From Eledone cirrhosa (Eukaryota), in the NCBI GenBank assembly GCA_964016885.1, contig OZ024748.1, positions 21,638,001 through 21,702,000 of the forward strand: a DNA stretch of 64,000 nt, in the 5' to 3' direction. A program made the position numbers and the translations under genes. Shown piece after piece: positions 1-12,977 of the stretch (positions are counted from its first letter, which is position 1; each line of letters starts with the position of its first letter). The notes under the pieces are model-generated. The model ran no database searches and was not told the DNA's origin. It worked only from the letters and a program-made list of their open reading frames with translations.

Positions 1-85
1 TCTGTCCTCTGGGGCATTTTTGCCCATCGCCATCTCTGACAGCATTTGGCTATTTTGCTAGCTTTTCTAGCGATGAGTTTTTCAT

Positions 86-188
86 TTTTGTATATATGTG
101 TGTGTATATATATACATATATGTATATATATATACATATATGTATATATATATACCTATATATATATATACCTATATGTATATACATT

Positions 189-228
<40 letters not shown>

Positions 229-245
229 ATGTATGTATTGTATGT
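86..245. repeat. Compound (TA)n/(TG)n microsatellite
   Basis: Direct reading; one of many (TA)n tracts in the first 34 kb. Confidence 0.9.
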
Positions 246-563
246 AAGTTTAAAGATGACAACCCATTTTTTCCTGTATAGCTGTGATTGGTTGTTGTCG
301 TTATTGTGTTGGTGGTGGAGGGAAGAAGAGGTGAGTCACTATTGGTTTGCATAGAGAGAGCAGAAGGACATGTGGGAGGGGTCCAGACTAATGAGGCGGC
401 GTAGCTAAGATATTTTGATTACTGTTGGGGGGGGGGGGGGGACTTAAATAAAAAAAAATAATGTGAATAAGGTTTAGAAAGAAAAGGGGGTGTGATTAAT
501 GTGTGTGGGTGGGATGAAGTGAGAGTGCAGGTGAAGACTTGTCAATAAATCTGTGAAGAAATA

Positions 564-823
564 TAATCATCATCATCACTATAATTGTCATTATCCTCAT
601 CAGTATCATCATCATCATCATCATCATCACTATAACTCATCATCATCATTATCACCATAATTGTCATCGCCATCACCACCACCATTATTACTATTATCAT
701 TGTTTCTATCACCATCAACATCATCGCCATCACCATCATCGCTATCATCATCATCATCATCGCTATCACCACCATCATCATCATCATCATCTCCATCACT
801 ATCACCATCATCATAATCATCCA
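564..823. repeat. Degenerate (CAT)n trinucleotide microsatellite
   Basis: Direct reading; explains the poly-Met and poly-Asp ORFs. Confidence 0.9.
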
Positions 824-1179
824 TAGTAGCTGACCAAGTCAGAAGCTGAATTTCTTGACTGTCGAAGTCAAGTCTCTTATTAAAGCTTGTTTTATTATTT
901 AATCATTTGAACGAGACGTGTGACGCCTCTCATTTGCATCGCAATATCATCTTTATATTCTGGCAGCTTTAAACTACAATTAAGAAAGCACCCGCACCTC
1001 CATACTCCACCACCTAATCTAAGACGATTAAAGACATTTATTTGACAAGTGTGACACAGGACAGGCCTATCCAAAGACTTGCTTTTTGGTAATTTAACAC
1101 AGTGAATAAGAAATAAAATGGTAATGGTTTTAATGATGAAGATGATGATGATGTTTTCTAATTTTGACAGCAGTTTTGA

Positions 1180-1315
1180 GGGGAGTGCAAAATCGATTAA
1201 ATTAATTTCTCAGTACTTGATTGGTATTTTATTTTATTGAACTTAGGAAAGATGACAATCAAACTTGGCCTCAGCAAGATTTGAACTCAGAACGTAAAAA
1301 GGCGTAACTTTATAC
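1180..1315 (-). mobile_element. Old diverged tRNA-derived SINE fragment
   Basis: gatttgaactcagaacgtaaa (B-box reverse complement) and similarity to the 29436 copy; ends approximate. Confidence 0.5.
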
Positions 1316-3132
1316 TATATGGTGACATTGGAAAAAGTAATTACCTCGGCTGGAGATGGAACCTGACACTTACTGGTTTATAAGAACATGATACCATGTT
1401 ACATGGGATTCTTCTCTAGATCTATAGATTATACAGGACAAATCTTCGGTACCTGTTGTACTTATAGTGATGTTTATACCTCCAACTGCTACATGTTTCG
1501 TTGTTAGGCTTTCTAGATATGCTAAAAAATAGATGGAATGGTCACGGCTGAAACCTCTCTGATCATAGTTATGTTTAGTTAGATCTGACCTAGGGCTAAA
1601 TAACAGCTAGTAGATCACAAATCACGCCCCATCAAATTTTGAATAAATTAGACGTAGTGGGTAATGTAGTATTTTATATACAGCCTGAAGAAAAGACTGG
1701 ATGGTCATGGATGGAATGTGTTTGATGACGTATTTGTTTTATCTCGATTGATATAATGCTGAAAAAAAATTGATAGAATTGTGATCATTTTCGTAAGAAT
1801 GCCATGAGAGTTATGTCCCTTATCTGAAAATTAATGCTGGTTCAAGGGAAATAACTCTAAATTTAATTTTTTTAAATATCAAGGGGGGGTAATCAGCTTG
1901 GAATGTCTATATTTTATGTTCAGGATTTTTTACCTTTTTTTTTTTTTTTTGGTTAACGTAAACATCGATATTGTTGTTTGTTTAAAAAATGTTGAATTAA
2001 ATCATGAACCGGTGACTTTGCAGCTCAACCTCTGAAAATACAAGTTACTGAACCCGAAGTTCTTGTTTAGATTCTGGGGGGGGGGGGGGGTCTGACTTCT
2101 AGGGAGATAGGAACTGAGACGAAGTTATGAGCAGTGTGGTCATTCTCACCAAGAAATGACTTGAAGTGGGGTGGAGAGAGGTCTGTCTCTGCAAGGTTAA
2201 ATTGATGTGGTTAATGTATATATCATCTCGGTTATTTATTACCACCTGGCCATTGTGCTATGTCCCAGAGTTCATCTGATCATTGACCTGGGGTAGCTGA
2301 TCACACATTTGTATACTGTGTATACCATCATTATTTTTTATGTAAACCCTCAAGCTCTGTAGGTTCTCCATGTAATGTTCTCTCATTTGTCGTCCTTGTT
2401 GCAATAATAAAGAAGTGATTAATATGAGGTAGTTACCACAGAAATAGTTACAACCATCAGATTGTACTCTTTACTATTTACTTTTAATCTGCTGACATCC
2501 CAGTTCAATTACTTCTGTATTGAATTTGTGTCTTTGATCCCAGACAAATACAGGAATCGATTAAAATGATCTCAGCCAGCCCTCTAAAATTGTGTGTATG
2601 TTAGATCTCATCAATGTTGTTATGAAAGGGTCAAGGTGGCATTAACACGTCTGATAGAATATGTGGCAGTATCTGAACTCGGAGATCAAATCCCACTCAA
2701 GTCAACAAATTGCCGGTCTAGAACTGGGGCTGATTCTTCCTTAGGGCAATGGATTGGCATAATCATTAGAGCACTGAACAAAATGCTTGGTTACATCTCC
2801 TTAATTGAAATCCCACCAAGGCCAACTTGTCTTTCATCATTTTAAGGTCGATAAATATAGAACCAGTCTACTACTGGCATCAATTTAATTGACTTTCTCT
2901 TCTCCGTAATTGCTGGCCTTCTTCTGAGGATCAATTGGCAGAACATTTGGTAAATACCATAAATCTCTTATGGTATTTACTATTATCATCATCATTGTCA
3001 TCATTCTAACACTGTTTTCCCTGATAGCAAGGTTTGCTGAGTTCAATTATTGTTAAGATCAAGTTTACTTTTTATCCTTCTAAGGTTAATACGAAAACTA
3101 GTTGCTGCTCAGTATTCTATGTGATCATTCAG

Positions 3133-3213
<81 letters not shown>

Positions 3214-3329
3214 ATAGACAGGCGAAACTCCAGAGTGACAAGACTCATTATTTAGCCTTAATAAAATGAGTATATATATATATAGATAGATATACGTGTA
3301 TGTGTGTGTATATATATATAGTAGGAGAT

Positions 3330-3625
3330 GCACATTGAATGATGTTATGTTAGACCTTCGTCCATTCTGAGAAGGAGTGTTCCAGTTTTAGCATTCCACA
3401 AACTTTCATATTTTTTATGTAGTTCTCAGAATGATTCAACATGACACTGTGTACCAAGACTGTCCCTTTGAATTACTAGTAGTACTCATTTTATGGAGAG
3501 CTGAATGGACTGAGGAAACATGAAATAAAGTGTCTTGCTGAAGGACACATCACATTGCCAGGAGTTGAACTGATGGCCTTATGGTCGTGAGTCGAACACT
3601 CTAACCATGGAGCCACATACCTTCA
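3330..3625 (-). mobile_element. tRNA-derived CORE-type SINE
   Basis: aagtgtcttgctgaaggacac and ggagttgaac are reverse complements of the core and B-box seen in the 28551 and 58125 copies; ends approximate. Confidence 0.6.
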
Positions 3626-3763
3626 CAACTCTCAGCAGTATAAATTTACTGGTCACCAGATAGAAACCAAACATGTGTATGTTGTATATATATCAGGATA
3701 TAATATACTTGAAATGCATGTAATATATGTGTGAATATTCATTCCTCTATAGCCGTGTGTGTA

Positions 3764-3804
<41 letters not shown>

Positions 3805-3825
3805 AAGGGAAAGCTGATAGTGACT

Positions 3826-3888
3826 TCGAAGTTTCAGCTTTGTTGCTTTATCTGGAAGCCAGATAAAGCAACAAAGCCAGAACTTCGA
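3826..3888. repeat. Hairpin with perfect 19-bp core; probable hammerhead 3'-half remnant
   Basis: gctttgttgctttatctgg-aag-ccagataaagcaacaaagc; on the minus strand it is followed by T-GAAAC-TTCGAA-GTC, but there is no CUGANGA box. Confidence 0.55.
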
Positions 3889-3990
3889 TGCCATTGCCAC
3901 TTTTCACTTCAGAGAATAAAATTTACTTTTATTGAGTAATTATTCTGTTAGTGTTTGGATGTGTTAAGTACTATATTATTTGAAGCACCC

Positions 3991-4022
<32 letters not shown>

Positions 4023-4095
4023 ATGTATGTATGTATGTATGTAATCATGAAGTACAAGTCAACGGCTTAGAATTTACTTCATTTATTCATAATCC

Positions 4096-4152
4096 CTGTT
4101 ATATATATTTCGGCCATAACTGTTATGCCACAGTTATGACGTCATCAGACAG
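4096..4152 (-). ncRNA. Type I hammerhead ribozyme motif (family 1)
   Basis: Minus strand: CTGT-CTGATGA-C-GTCATAACTGT ggcata ACAGTTATGGC-C-GAAA-TATATA-TA^ACAG; helix I CTGT/ACAG, 11-bp helix II, palindromic helix III. Confidence 0.8.
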
Positions 4153-4427
4153 CAATTTTGAATAAATGAAGTAAATTCTAATCTGTTGACATGTACATCA
4201 TGATAATATATATACTCTGGAGTAAACTTGTGTACTTGATGGAGTGCTCTGTCCTGCATACAATAGTGTCAGTGATTAACTAACACATACTTCACCAAAT
4301 ATATATATATATATGTGTGTATGTGTATATATATTTATATGAGTGAGTGAGTATCTATATAAATATATTTATGGAGACACACAGATATGTATATGTATAT
4401 ATGAGTGTGTTTGTGTATCTATGTAAA

Positions 4428-4460
<33 letters not shown>

Positions 4461-4461
4461 T

Positions 4462-4872
4462 AGTTTTGCGAGGTTTTTTATATGAAATCGTGTGTCGAAA
4501 CAGATATTGTTATATTTGGGGAGGGTCATATTTGCGTAATATTGCCAGAATTAATAACAGAAAAAAATGGCGTAGACATACAACACAACAGGAGGAACAA
4601 TGAATATAACACCACTGACGATGTTGCAGATGTGCAACGAAAGATTTATGTAAATTATGTAAACTATATATATATGTGTTTGTCTATATTGTATCTGTAT
4701 TATTTTTGACCGCCGGTCAGTCAATGGCAACATTGAGGACCGAGTAAGTTAGATCGCAGATATATATATATAAAAGACAGCGAGAAGCGAAAACCAACCA
4801 AACAGTGAGTGTGTTCTGTTATTAATTCTGGCAATATTACGCAAATATGACCCTCCCCAAATATAACAATAT
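4462..4872. mobile_element. (TA)n-bounded Penelope-like non-autonomous insert with 59-bp inverted arms
   Basis: 4504-4562 is the reverse complement of 4814-4872; related copies near 10490-10560 and 12185-12345; degenerate CTGACGA..GAAA near 4615. Confidence 0.6.
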
Positions 4873-5162
4873 ATATATATATATACATATATACAGAGTG
4901 ATGTATGTATACCCACAGAAATGTGTTTGAAATATTAAAAGATTTGTACAGTTTTATTTTTTATTCTGCCATTCCCATTTCCCTTTGTAAATATTTCACA
5001 ACCCTCCCTCTACACTCGGTGTTCCAGGCATTCAACTAACATGCATATATCTACACACATCCTGTCATATGCTCACACGCATACACACACACGTATTACT
5101 ATATATATATATATATATATATTCACAAATACTCATCCACTATCAGGCACATTCACTTGTAT

Positions 5163-5193
<31 letters not shown>

Positions 5194-5914
5194 CACACAC
5201 ACACACACACATATATATAATATACACACATATTCACATATACAGAAACACATGCAAATACAGTCATCTTCTTTCTCTCTCTGGCTATCTCTTGTACTCC
5301 CCCTCTTTCTCTTTCACTAACACCACTTTTTTTCCTACCAATTCCATCAAGCCCACCGACTCACCCTACAACATACCCCTCCTTAACACTCCCCCCACCT
5401 TCCCATCCCTTCCCAGAAATGTCCTTCATGTCCTCCTCCTCCCTACCACCACCACCACCACCACCCACAAAAAATTCTATTTTTTAACATGTCTAACAGT
5501 CTTCCATTGCTGGTTTGATATTACGTGAAACAGATGATTAAAACGAAAAGAAAGGAACGAAGAAGTAAACCGAAAGACTTATGATAAAACTAACAAAAGA
5601 TTGAATAAATAAATAATTGAATGAATTTTAAAGAAAGAAAACGAATAAAATAAAAAGTTTTATTGAAATGTCTTGATGAAAATAAACTCGAAATTAAATA
5701 AAATCTAAATAAACATTTAATGAGTCTGAAGAGTTTTCTATCCTAATATTTGTGTCTGCTGATTGAGAATAGTGAGGTGAAAACAAATGATGCTTGCTTG
5801 CATGAAGAACGGTCTAGAAAAAGATCTGTGAGGTTATATATATATATAGAGAGAGAGAGAGACACACACACATATGTTTATATATATACATATATATACA
5901 CACTTGCACACATA

Positions 5915-6816
5915 CATCATCATTATCATCGTCACAGTTTAATGTCCATTTTTCCACACTGGCATGGGTTAGACGAGTTGTTCTGTTGTGGTCAATGTTA
6001 GTTGAGGTGACCATGTCTTGCTCATACAGAATTGATTTTGGCTTGGTTTCTATATCTGGATGTCCTTCCTAATCCCAACCTCATTTACAGTGAGTACTGG
6101 GTGCTTTTTGTCATGTCACCTCCATGACCATTTTATAGTGTGGACTGGCTGCTTTTTACCGTTTCACCATCACGACCACTTTACAGTGTTTCGGCCTGTC
6201 CTCATGAGAGATGTAAGGGAGGGCGGGATGGGGTGGTGCATACAGTATATAGGCTTCAGCTTCAGCCTGTGCCTATGGGAAGGCGGGTCTTTTGTATTGC
6301 TGCATAACACCAGAGATTTTGGTCCTGTGTCTTTGAGAGGTGCAACTGAGCAAGGTCAGCTTTTATCACCTCGTCACAAGTCTTCCTGGGTCTCCCAACT
6401 CCAAGGCTTCCATCGACTTTGAGCACTCTGCACCTTTTTATACAGCTGTCATCCTTTATACACATTACATGTCCATACCAACGCAATCTCCTCTCCTACA
6501 CATTGCTTCTGATTCCTCTTATGCCTAGTTTCTCTCTCAGTTCATTTAAGCTTTGCCGTTCACGTATATTACTATTACAAATCCATCGGAGCATGCAAGC
6601 TTCATTTCTTTCCAATCTACACAAGTCTTCTGCACATAGTGCCCATGTCTCACTACCATGCAGCATTGCTAATTTAGTCACCCAGGTAGCAGCTGTCTAC
6701 TGAACCTTCTCGGAATTTGATAGCGCTTATTTACTGTGGTTGTTTGCTGCTTACTGCCCCGGTGCAGTGGCTACATGAAAAACCTACATTCTTAGCTAAA
6801 CTTCCCAAGATCCCAC
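5915..6816 (-). mobile_element. Degraded 5'-truncated RTE-clade LINE with internal deletion
   Basis: ORF pieces AMLHGSETWALCAEDLCRLERNE and RWYGHVM..GRPRKT; (GAT)n tail at about 5915. Confidence 0.85.
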
Positions 6817-6839
6817 ATATGTATATATGTATATATATA

Positions 6840-7660
6840 GCATTAAAAAAATATAAACATCAGCGAGAAAGGAGACCAGGAATTTATTTGTTTTAACATA
6901 TGTTTCTGTGTCTATTATAATTGTCTACATATGCTGACTATAATATATATATTGTTCAATCATATGTAATACTTAATTATTTATCACACTTCATCAGAAA
7001 GCCTATAATTGTGGAAGTGACTATTCACTATTCCGTAGAATTCAGGAATGGGATTTTCATTCAAGAAAATATAAATAAGTCAAAATAACAATAAAAATAG
7101 AATAAAATACAGATAGTGTGATATTAGAGCAAGTTGGGGTAAAGAGTTTCACACTATCAATCTGTGTGCTGTGATGTGGAAAAATTATTCTTTGACTCAA
7201 TAGATGAAGGTTTTGATATTTGCCATATATGGTTGAAAGGGTAGAGAAGGACTGAAAAGGAGAGAAGATAGAAATTAAGAGTAGGCGGGAGTGGGAGGGA
7301 GGAAAATGAGATTGTTTTGAATATTATTGAATTCTTTGGGTAGGTGTGAAAAGTTCAAATGTTACAGGAAAAGTACTAAATAGGGTGTAGTAAAACCTAG
7401 GTATTAGGGATCGAATCTTGTTCTAGTCTAGTTTGTATGTAGCGAAGGTTTTTAGAACTTTGTATTTGCAATTAAATACTCTATCATGTAAGGGATTTAG
7501 TAGGTCCTTTCCAGTGGCTATTTCAATTATGTCTGCCAGACATAATTCACAGGGGCATCTTTTATTCTGGTATGGATGGGCGAATTTCAACACACACCAT
7601 TGTAGTGTGTATTCAATATTAGTGCACTTCATATATTTATTTATACATACATAAAATTGC
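6840..7660 (-). mobile_element. Penelope-like element 3' fragment (endonuclease C-terminus plus pLTR)
   Basis: ORF 7423-7632 NIEYTLQWCVLKFAHPYQNKRCPCELCLAD..DLLN..CK fits the I-x-W-x-IL..A-x-PY..C-x-LCL-x-E..LLN..C tail of PLE GIY-YIG ORFs (recalled motif); a hammerhead lies downstream on the same strand. Confidence 0.7.
6890..7002 (-). ncRNA. Type I hammerhead ribozyme motif with long helix II (family 2)
   Basis: Minus strand: GCTTT-CTGATGA-A-GTGT..(about 80-nt imperfect rod incl. TACATATG/CATATGTA)..ACAC-A-GAAAC-ATAT-GTT^AAAAC; helix I is weak. Confidence 0.65.
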
Positions 7661-7874
7661 TATATATACTCATGTATCTGTCACACATCTTTTCCACAAA
7701 TATACAATATAAAGCACCAGTCTTTAACTCATCTACCTTACCTACATCCTACAACACATCAATTCAAGATATGAGGTATATTGTAAATATAGTACAGAAA
7801 ATGGTAATGTCAATTCCCTACCAGTGTAACTTCACATGCACTCCTACAAGTATATATATTTGTATATTACAATC

Positions 7875-8487
7875 CTAAATGAATTGAGAGAGAGACTAAG
7901 CACAAGAGGTATCAAATGTTGTGTGCAGGAGAGGAGATTGCATTGGTATGGCCATGTGGTGCATATGAAGGACAACAGCTGTATAAAAAAGTGCAGAGTG
8001 ATCAAAATCGATGGAAGCTACGGAGTGGGTAGACCAAGAAAAACCTGGGACGAGGTGATAAAAACTGACCTTGCTCACTTATACCTCTCTAATGTCACTG
8101 GATCGAGATCTTTGGCACTAGGCAGTTATACAGAACTGCCTTCCCATGCATACAAACTTAAACCTACAATCAATAAGCACTTCTTAACCCAATATACACC
8201 CCACTCCAAGCACCCTACTCCATCCTCCCACTTCTGTAGACTGTAGACACAACAAAAACAACCCAGTCCACACTGTAAAGTAGTCGTGTAGGAGACACGG
8301 TAAAAAGGCTCCCAGTCCACACTGTAAATGTGGTTGGTGTTAGGAAGGGCATCCAACTAGAAAACCGGCCAGGAACTGTTTTGTATGAGCGAGACACAGT
8401 CTCCCAACCAATCTCGCCTCAAGTGGGACAAAACCGTCCAACCCATGCTAGCGTGGAAGATGGACATTAAACGATGATGATAATGAT
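7875..8487 (+). mobile_element. 5'-truncated RTE-clade LINE 3' end
   Basis: NELRERLSTRGIKCCVQERRLHWYGHVVHM..GRPRKTW; 3' UTR and (GAT)n tail. Confidence 0.9.
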
Positions 8488-8659
8488 GTGTGTGTGATAA
8501 TTGGTGTGTAGATGTGAAGGGATTGTATGGTTATGAGTTAAAATTTTCTGCTGATGTAAAATCAACACAAATTTAATATCCTCACACTTGGTGAATAATG
8601 GTGTTGTTGGCTCAACAGGTTTTTTATAAGCCAAACTCTGGTTCACTCCATTTTCTAGA

Positions 8660-9170
8660 CCAGTGGTCTCCAACCTTTTTTATACCACAGACCGGCTTCA
8701 TGCCGGACAATCTTTCCCAGACCAATAGTTGCACATATGTGTTATTGAAAATATACATTGATCATAAAATTATACATTAATTATAAAATGTACTTACAGT
8801 TATGATAGATAGTATTGAGTAGATGAATATTGAATATTTAACCCTTTAGCATTTAAACCAACCATATCCGGCCAGAATTCTCTCACCTCTTTCTTTTCAA
8901 ACCAGCCGTAACTGACTGCTTATACTGACATTAAGGTAATGTTCTCAAAATAAATAACATCAAAATCTTATAGATTCAATATTATGTGAGATAAAGCCTT
9001 TACCACAAAAATACAATAGTATATATAGAGTAATGTAAATGCTAAAGGGTTAAACAAATCTTTCTAAATTAAAGTCCAATATTCAATTTATCTATTATAT
9101 AATTTTAAACAAGTTAATTATTTCTTTGCGGCCCAGTAGCAAATGATCCACGGGCCGGTACCAGTCCACA
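8660..9170. mobile_element. hAT/Charlie-like MITE remnant interrupted by a piggyBac-type MITE
   Basis: Starts CAGTGGTCTCCAACCTTTTT (hAT-type TIR); GC-rich subterminal motif at about 9128-9170; right TIR missing. Confidence 0.5.
8842..9049. mobile_element. piggyBac-type MITE family A (orientation A)
   Basis: TTAA|CCCTTTAGCATTTA...TAAATGCTAAAGGG|TTAA. Confidence 0.85.
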
Positions 9171-9200
9171 ATTGCCCTAAAGTCACTGACAGATACATAC

Positions 9201-9328
9201 TTGTTTCTACTTTAGGCACAAGGCCAGCAAATACCCAGTGCATTACTGGTACTTTATTTTATCGACCCCGTAAGGATGAAAGGCAAAGTCAACCTCGGCG
9301 GGATTTGAACTCAGATCGTAAAGGGACA
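9201..9328 (-). mobile_element. tRNA-derived SINE (Deu/Nin-like domain), truncated
   Basis: Reverse complement of the 3' part of the 29436 copy. Confidence 0.8.
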
Positions 9329-9564
9329 ATAGATGTTTTTTAACTTTTCTCTGTTGCAATGGCTTCTGTTCCTCAGAGGTGGCTAGCTTCATGCCAGCAC
9401 CACTCAAGCACTCCCACCTTACTCATCTCTCTTCTTCCCATCACCTGTACTGTGTACAACTACCCCAGGGTCATGCACAAACAACTACTCCAAAAATATT
9501 GTCCCTCGGAATTCTCTCCTTACACATATCTCTTTGCTAAAGGAGTCAACATGCAATAATTTAA

Positions 9565-9785
9565 CCCTTTAATATTTATATTACTTTACAGATACTATTG
9601 TGTTTTTATGGTAAAGGCTTTATCTTACATAATTATCTCACATAATATTGAATATACGAGATTTTGATGTTATTTATTTTGAGAACAATACCTTAACATC
9701 AGTATCAGAGGCCAGTTATGGACAGTTTAAACAGAAAGAGGTGAGAGAATTCTGGCCAGATATGGCCGGTTTAAATGCTAAAATG
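9565..9785. mobile_element. piggyBac-type MITE family A (orientation B)
   Basis: TTAA TSD, CCCTTT terminus, internal match to 8842. Confidence 0.8.
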
Positions 9786-9865
9786 TTAAACATCAACAGC
9801 ATTAATCTCATTGGTAGGGACCCTGAAAATATCATAGGAACAATATCATATATTCATTAAATATG

Positions 9866-9897
<32 letters not shown>

Positions 9898-10034
9898 TAT
9901 GCATCATGTATATATTTAATAATATCAGAAGAACCGATGTATCTCCAATCATTTTGTCACTCACTCAATGCTTTAAGCCAGCATCACTAAGATACCAACC
10001 AAAAAGGAAAGCAGAGTGTACACTTATACGTTAA

Positions 10035-10241
10035 CCCTTTAATGTTCAAACTGGCCAAAACTGGCCAGAATTCTCTACTTTTTTCTGTTGAAAGTGGCTG
10101 TAACTGGTCACTCAAACTGATGTTAAGGTATTGTTTTCAAAATAAATACTTTCAAAATCTCATAGATTCGATATTATGTCAGATAAAGCATTTACCATGA
10201 AAATATAATAGTATATATAGAGTAATGTGAATGCTAAAGGA
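10035..10241. mobile_element. piggyBac-type MITE family A (orientation A)
   Basis: TTAA TSD and TIRs. Confidence 0.8.
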
Positions 10242-10739
10242 TTAATAGTGAGAGAAAGTCAAGATAAATAACATCCACCCATGAGCCGCCATCAGTGATC
10301 CGAGTAATGTCTTCAAGAAACTTCATGAGTCGAACACAGCAGCTGGAGTTAGGGATAAATCCAAATTGCGAGGGCCATATTAGGCTGTGAGAGTTCCAGA
10401 ATTTCAGGACTCCATTAGTTTGGCAATGCAGCTAGTAAGACTGACTGGGCAATAGTTGGACGCTGTCGGACGGCATAGGTTTGCCCTTAGATATGACCCT
10501 CCCAAAGTACAACAATATCTGTTTCAACACACATTTTCAGATAAGAAATCTCGCAAAACAAATTCAAAAACGAATTATATATATATATAATAAGGAGTTG
10601 ACGGACCCAGCATATTTATCAATGCCAGGACCTGTTCTATCTCAGCGTACTCAATAGGTAATGTAGGATACATTCCCAGAGTATAGACATAGTTATTCGC
10701 TTCAATACAACACACGTAAAACGGGTGCCTATAATAATT

Positions 10740-10850
10740 CCCGGACTCGAGTTTCGGCCACACTTAATGCAGCAGTAGGGTGCACTGCACCCTCTGTCTG
10801 CATATATTATGCAACAATGCATAATCGGCGTATGTGGCTTCATCAGCGGG
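10740..10850 (-). ncRNA. Type I hammerhead ribozyme motif with branched helix II (family 3)
   Basis: Minus strand: CCCG-CTGATGA-A-GCCACA..[ATTATGCA/TGCATAAT hairpin][TGCAG..AGGGTGC/GCACCCT..CTGCA hairpin]..TGTGGC-C-GAAAC-TCGA-GTC^CGGG; within a (TA)n-bounded insert at about 10590-11155. Confidence 0.85.
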
Positions 10851-11250
10851 TATCGACTAATCAATAACCAATCAATTGACAGAATCCAAACCGCAGCCCA
10901 TGCCGGCTATGACTGTTTGTGACGGCCGACACAGTAAAGTGATTAGCAACTGGAATCTAATACAATTCTGTCCCCCGACATACTTTACGTGGTGGCAGGA
11001 GAATAGAAAACAAATATTTTCGTTCTCGTCAAAAGATCCCGGCCAACCTGTCTCAAACACAAATTAATAAGAAGTGAAAAGATGGTTATTAGAAATAGCA
11101 GTCCCACATCGATGTATAATAGAATGGTAGCATTCGGCTCATGTCTCCAAGTCCCATATATATATATATATTTATTAAAATAACAGATTAAAGTTTAAGC
11201 AAAGAATCGCTGCTTTCACCCTTAACGGGATCTTTCCATTTGTTAATATC

Positions 11251-11301
<51 letters not shown>

Positions 11302-11308
<7 letters not shown>

Positions 11309-11950
11309 CATAGGTTAATTATAACGTTCGAGAAAGTGAAAGTCATTTTTCTGACAAGTGAATGTGTTTGTTTTGTTTTTTTACATTGAAATTTACGATA
11401 CAGTTTGTTTATTTACAACAGGTCTCTATAGTGATATGGTGTTAATTAGTATTGCGTGTGTGATTATTTTCTCTTATATATATATGTGTGGGTGTGTATA
11501 TGTGTGTAGATATATGTGTGTCTGTATGTATATATATATGTGTTTGTGTCATCATCATCGTTTAGATGTTTTTACCCAAATCCCTTATCATTCTCTGTCC
11601 TTCTTATGACCCGGCCTTAATTTGTTTATAGTTGGTGCCAACTTTGGCAAGATATTACAAAAACATCTAAACGATGATGATGACACAAACACATATATAT
11701 ATACAAACACACATATATATATACATACAGACACACATATATATACACACATATACACACCCACACATATATATATAAGAGAAAATAATCACACACGCAA
11801 TACTAGTTAACACCATATCACTATAGAGACCTGTTGTAAATAAACAAACTGTATCGTAAATTTCAATGTAAAAAAAACAAACAAACACATTCACTTGTCA
11901 GAAAAATGACTTTCACTTTCTCGAACGTTATAATTAACCTATGCCATATA
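11302..11950. repeat. Long inverted repeat (about 270-290-bp arms, 85-bp spacer) starting at a (TA)n tract
   Basis: 11302-11573 is a near-perfect reverse complement of 11659-11950; ORFs 11358+ and 11667- translate almost identically. Confidence 0.9.
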
Positions 11951-12655
11951 AGGGACAACAAAATATCGTTATAGGTAATCCAGTTAGAGGTTGTGAATAC
12001 TTCTTATTATCGATAGTTTTAGCGTACGGCGTTGCTTGACTCAACAAGAGGTTTACGTAGATGGCGAGTTTATGATTTAACTTGTGTTCCTATGTAAGTT
12101 TATCTTGGAGTAATAACATTGAAAAAGTGAAGAATAACATGGTCAACAGTACAAAAAAGACTATATACATGTTTTTATATCTATATTATATCTGTATTTT
12201 TGACCATTGGTCAGTCAATGGTAAACATTGAGGACCGAATGAATTAACTGATATAAAAGATACAGAAGCGAAAACCAACCAAACACTGAGTGTGTTCTGT
12301 TATTAATTCTAGCAATATTATGACAACAATATGACCCTCCCCAAGTATATATATATATATATATTAGTGTATATGTGTGTGTCTGTGTGTATTGCATATC
12401 AGTATAAATACGCACACACACACACACATATATATACACACACACACACACTAGTACATACATATAGAAACTAAGTACGTTTCGTCGTTTGTGTTTACAC
12501 TCCGGTTTTTAGTTGTCTGTTTTCAAAGTCTACTTTCACTTTTTTTTTTCTTTTTGTATACAAAAATAGAAAACAAAACGAGAGGAATACATTTAACGAA
12601 GCACATAGATAGATTACAGTCATATATATAGAGAGATGTACGCAGTGTATTATAT

Positions 12656-12723
<68 letters not shown>

Positions 12724-12764
12724 CGAAACATAAGTCAATTGCATGAACTCATAATCCTTTATTT

Positions 12765-12820
12765 ACTGCTATATATATTTCGATGATAGCCATTGAATGG
12801 CTATGACCTCATCAGGCAGT
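12765..12820 (-). ncRNA. Type I hammerhead ribozyme motif, canonical core (family 4)
   Basis: Minus strand: ACTGC-CTGATGA-GGTCATAGCCAT tca ATGGCTATCATC-GAAA-TATATA-TA^GCAGT; G10.1-C11.1 pair, palindromic helix III. Confidence 0.85.
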
Positions 12821-12922
12821 TAGTCAGTTCTTAGATATGCCAGCTCTGTGTTTAATGTGTTGATGGTATCAGAGCCTTGGGACATATATATATACACACA
12901 CACACACACATATATATATATA

Positions 12923-12963
<41 letters not shown>

Positions 12964-12977
12964 AAATATATATATAT

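Noticed and set aside
4609-4665. CTGACGA-T-GTTGCA gatg TGCAAC-GAAA hammerhead candidate
   Set aside because: Core and helix II are present, but there is no helix I partner and no clean helix III/NUH; counted only as a remnant
11190-11245. Minus-strand CCC gttaa GGG-T-GAAA hammerhead-like string
   Set aside because: No CUGANGA box and no convincing helix I or III
12000-12048. Minus-strand TTGTTGA...AAAAC-TATCGATA hammerhead-like string
   Set aside because: Multiple core mismatches; cannot be separated from chance
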